Assembly (NCBI GenBank): GCA_002269645.1
Contig: NIVC01004761.1
Coordinates: forward strand, 1-35,694
Direction of reading: 5' to 3'
Origin: Macrostomum lignano
Taxonomy: Eukaryota
Length of the DNA stretch: 35,694 nucleotides
Position numbers and translations under genes: made by a program. A model generated the notes under the pieces. It worked only from the letters and a program-made list of their open reading frames with translations, did no database searches and was not told where the DNA came from. This document shows, piece after piece, positions 32,070-35,694 of this stretch; position 1 is the first letter of the stretch; every line of letters starts with the position of its first letter.

Positions 32070-33575
32070 AGCCTTGAAATCTCAGTAATTCCCCTCCCCA
32101 AGACTTGACATCTCAAAAATTACCCTTAAGCCTTGACATCTCAGTAATTACCCCCCCCCCCCTAAGACTTGACATCTTAGCAATTTCTCCCCGTCTCAAG
32201 TCTTGACATCTCAGAAATTCCCCCCACGCCTTGACATCTCAGAAATTCCCCAGTAAGCCTTTATATCTCAGTAATTTCCGAAGTAAGTCTTGCCATCTCA
32301 GCAATTCCCCTCTGTAAGACTTGACATCTAAGGAATTTCCCATTAAGCAATGACATCTCAGTAATTCACCCAGTAAGTCTTTATATCTCAGTAATTCCCC
32401 CTAGTAAATCTTGACATCTTAGCAATTTCTCCTAGTCAAAAGCGTTGACATCTCAGCAATTCCCCCCCCCCCTAAGACTTGACCTCCACAGAATCTCCGT
32501 TCAAAGAATCCCTCATCCAAAGAACCCCCCATCCATCCCTATCCAAAGAACCCCAGATCCATCCCTATCCAAAGAACCCCCATCCATCCCTATCCAAAGA
32601 ATCCCCCATCCACCCCTATCCAAAGAATCCCCCTCTTAAGAATCTCCCATTCAAATAATCCCCCATCAAAAGAATCATTGGCCAAAGAATCCCCTCATCT
32701 AAAGAACCACCGTCGAAATACTCCCCATCCAAAGAATCCCCTCATAAAGAATCCCCCCCCCAAATAATCTCATATCCAAAGGATCACTCTATAGAAAGAA
32801 GCCTTCAGCTAAAGAATCCCCCATTCAAAGAACCCTTCATCGATTTAGTAATCCCCCAACGAAGGAATTCCCCAATGAATCACTATCCAAAGATATATAT
32901 TAGAAGCACCCTCCCTCATTCAAAGAATCCCCAATCCATAGAATTCCCCCCAAAGACATGACATCTCAGCAATTCGCCCTCAGGACTTGAAATCTCTGCA
33001 ATTCCCTTCCCTAAGATTTTGACATCTCAGAAATTCCCCCAAGCCTTCACATCTCAGCAATTCCCCCCTTAGACTTGATATCTCACAGATTTCCCCTTCT
33101 AAGACTTGACATCTCAGGAATTTCCCCACCAAGCATTGACATCTCGGAAATTCCCCCAAGCCTTCACATCTCAGCAATTCGCCCTCAAGCCTTGGCATCT
33201 CAGTAATTCCCCCCCCCAAGCCTTGAAATCTCAGCAATTCCGTCTTACGTCTTGACATCTCGGCAAGTCCCTCTAAGCATTTGACATCTCAGCAATTCCC
33301 CCCCCTTAAGACTTGACATCTCAGGAATTTCCCCACCAAGCCTTGGTATCTCAGCAAGTCCCTGTTAAGCCTTGCCATCTCAGCAATTCCCTCCCCCCTC
33401 TAAGCCTTGAAATCTCAGCAATTCCCTCCCCCCTCTAAGCCTTGACATCTCAGCAATTCCCTCCCCCTCTAAGCCTTGACATCTTAGCAATTCCCTCCCC
33501 CCTCTAAGACTTGACATCTCAGGAATTTCCCCACTAAGCCTTGACATCTCAGTGATTCCCCCAGTTAGCAATCTC
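32070..33575. repeat. Satellite S3 blocks (32070-32480 and 32955-33575) interleaved with S4
   Basis: ccttgacatctcagcaattcccc units of about 30 bp. Confidence 0.85.
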
Positions 33576-33870
33576 CCCCGAGCAAGCATTCCCAAAAGCA
33601 AGCGTCCTTCCGATAGCAAGCATCCCTGATAGAAAGTACCCCCAGCAAGATTGTGAAACAATTTCGTCAGCTATTACAATAATTAATGTCTTATCTATTG
33701 GAATAGTCCTTTTTAAACTTTTCAAAATTTAAAGTTGAATAAAATTTTTGATTATACTATATGAACGCTCGTAGCTTCTTCTCTTTTACCTGATTTACTT
33801 GACATTTTTAAGATTCCTTTAGCTTTCTTGAAATTAATTTTTTTAATAAAAAACTTCAACACTCTAAAAA

Positions 33871-33931
33871 TTCGAACCCACGTCGCTGCATTAGCAGTTC
33901 AGTCTGTTTACCTCTAGGCTAGCTCTCATCG
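33871..33931 (-). promoter_or_regulatory. tRNA-like A/B-box motif T, unit 6 copy
   Basis: Closely matches 15181-15247, and the similarity extends to about 34100. Confidence 0.5.
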
Positions 33932-34864
33932 TTTTGATAACATGAATTGTAGCACTTATATATTTCAACACTTTGAAAACTCCCAGCATAGAGTAGAAAT
34001 CACTCCAAGCAGTTACGACGTAATCAATTTCTCAGGCAGTCAATATCAGTTTCAATTAATAAAGTCAACAATTAAAGTCAACAATATGGTTACGCAATCT
34101 AAATTTAGATCTAATGGCGCTGGCTTGAATTGTGGAGTTGCGATAAATAGGGGTTTGCGATATGAGAGAGCGTACAATGAGAATACATGTATAGAGTAAA
34201 AAGTATAGAAATTTCTTTTTTATGCTGTGCTTTTAATTTTTCAAATCTCAGCAAACAGATTATATTCTCGAACTCAGCGTTTCTAGCTCTTTCCAGCAAT
34301 ACAAGGCTCTCTTCTGAAAGTGAAAAACTCGAAGCACAAACAACGGTTTGATATTCCTGCTTTAAAGCAGTCAAATTCATAAAGGTGTACATTCAGCGCC
34401 AGCTACAGTGAGAGGCCTGCAGTTGATGCATTGAAATTCACAACCAAGCAATGCCCGGGACTCATTGAATGGCAATACCCGCCCCTCAATTCAATAACTA
34501 AAAGGTGTTGCGCAACCTTTCAACGCTTATAGCTCTCTACGCCAGTGTAGAGAACCAATGCTATAGTTGGCACTGAGTTATGATGCAATACAATTCCATC
34601 GGCAGTCAGAATGCTTCTCAATTGGAAAGAACTGTTTGAACTTAAAAATGCGGGGCAAAAATCGAGTTTTTTCGAATATTTAAGCCCGAAAAAATGAAGC
34701 AATTTCTTAGCAAAATTTTGTGTACCAGCGCGCCATCAATACGCATCGAATGCAAAACCCCACGAAATTCCGACCATGTAGAGCCAAGTTACACGAAGGT
34801 TCCTATATATAGGTAGGTAGGTACATAGTTTTGATTTTTAGTATATTGGAATGGATGGATAGGA

Positions 34865-35694
34865 CTAGCATACCAATTCCCCCTTTGGGGGAAGAATACC
34901 AACGCTTCTAATATCTTAGGAAATAAAAAACTAATAAACGAATGACACTATGTTCTAATATCACTATTATCACGCTGTTTTCATCTATATATCCCCCTAG
35001 CTATATTATTCCCTATACTACACCTTAAATAACTCTTAATCTTGCTATCCCCTTATCACGCTATGCTTTCACCTATATATGCCTTATCCTTATTCTTTAT
35101 ACCATGTCTTAAAAAACTCTTGCTATCCCTTTGATATCTCTAGCTATCTCTTGAAATTCCCTGCTATCAATTGACATCTCTAGCCATCCTATCGATATAT
35201 CTAGCTATCTCTTGCGATTTTCCATTTATATTACCTACTCTCCCCACAAAATGTCCTGCTATTCTCTCAACACCTCTTGGAAAATCCAATCACATGCAAT
35301 CTGCTGGAACTCACGATATACCAGAATATCAATATGTCATGCTACTCTCTTAAAATTCTTCCTACCTGCTAGATAATTTTTGCTATCCTCTCGATAAACC
35401 ATGTCGTCACCTCGAAAATTCATGCAAATCCTTCAATAATCATGATCTCCCTTGACATTTCTGCCATTCCCCCAAGCCTATACATCTCAGGAATTCCCTC
35501 TTAAGCTTTGACATTTCTGCCATTCCCCCAAGCCTATACATCTCAGGAATTCCCTCTTAAGCTTTGACATTTCTGCCATTCCCCCAAGCCTATACATCTC
35601 AGTAATCCCCCTAATACTTGACATCTCAGTGAACTTCCCAAGCCGACACATCTTTAGCATTTAGCAACCCCCCCCCCAAGACCTGACATTTCAG
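34865..35694 (-). mobile_element. Helitron unit 7, 3' part only (continues right of the window)
   Basis: Perfect hairpin ttccccc-ttt-gggggaa at 34877-34893 and CTAG at 34868-34865; S3 repeats at ~35445-35694. Confidence 0.6.

Larger units (their letters stand above)
31103..34864 (-). mobile_element. Helitron unit 6 (3.76 kb), non-autonomous, mostly satellite
   Basis: 3' hairpin at ~31117-31128 plus CTAG at 31106-31103; 5' TCCTATCCATCCATTCCAATATACTAAAAA starts at 34864. Confidence 0.7.

Noticed and set aside
31227-33661. Asp/Gly/Leu-rich short ORFs
   Set aside because: They are translations of satellites S3 and S4, with no domain signal or splice support.

Overview
Eukaryotic, probably invertebrate animal, repeat-rich DNA with spliceosomal introns and AT-rich spacers. 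On the minus strand the whole window reads as a head-to-tail train of at least seven Helitron-family units. Six junctions read [GC-rich hairpin]-7 to 10 nt-CTAG|TC...AATATACTAAA, at 15762/3, 21499/500, 21855/6, 22205/6, 31102/3 and 34864/5. Unit 1 (<1-15762) is the autonomous-type element. It carries a 9-exon RepHel gene of about 1789 aa (23-aa STPR-like repeats, OTU protease, Zn finger, HUH Rep, Pif1 helicase, no endonuclease), an RPA70-like two-OB-fold gene, and a small divergently transcribed RGG/CCHC-knuckle/polyQ gene. Unit 5 (22206-31102) is a RepHel-deleted sister that keeps the RPA-like and knuckle genes. In both sisters the knuckle/polyQ exon is interrupted at nearly the same place by a different 5'-truncated RT-RNase H non-LTR retrotransposon. 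Unit 2 holds a recent 1.94-kb Ty3/Gypsy element reduced to LTRs plus integrase. The rest is satellite arrays (about 15-30-bp units), tRNA-like A/B-box motifs, 350-bp mini-Helitrons and a short TTAGGG-like tract. All calls come from manual reading and motif recognition; no database searches were run.
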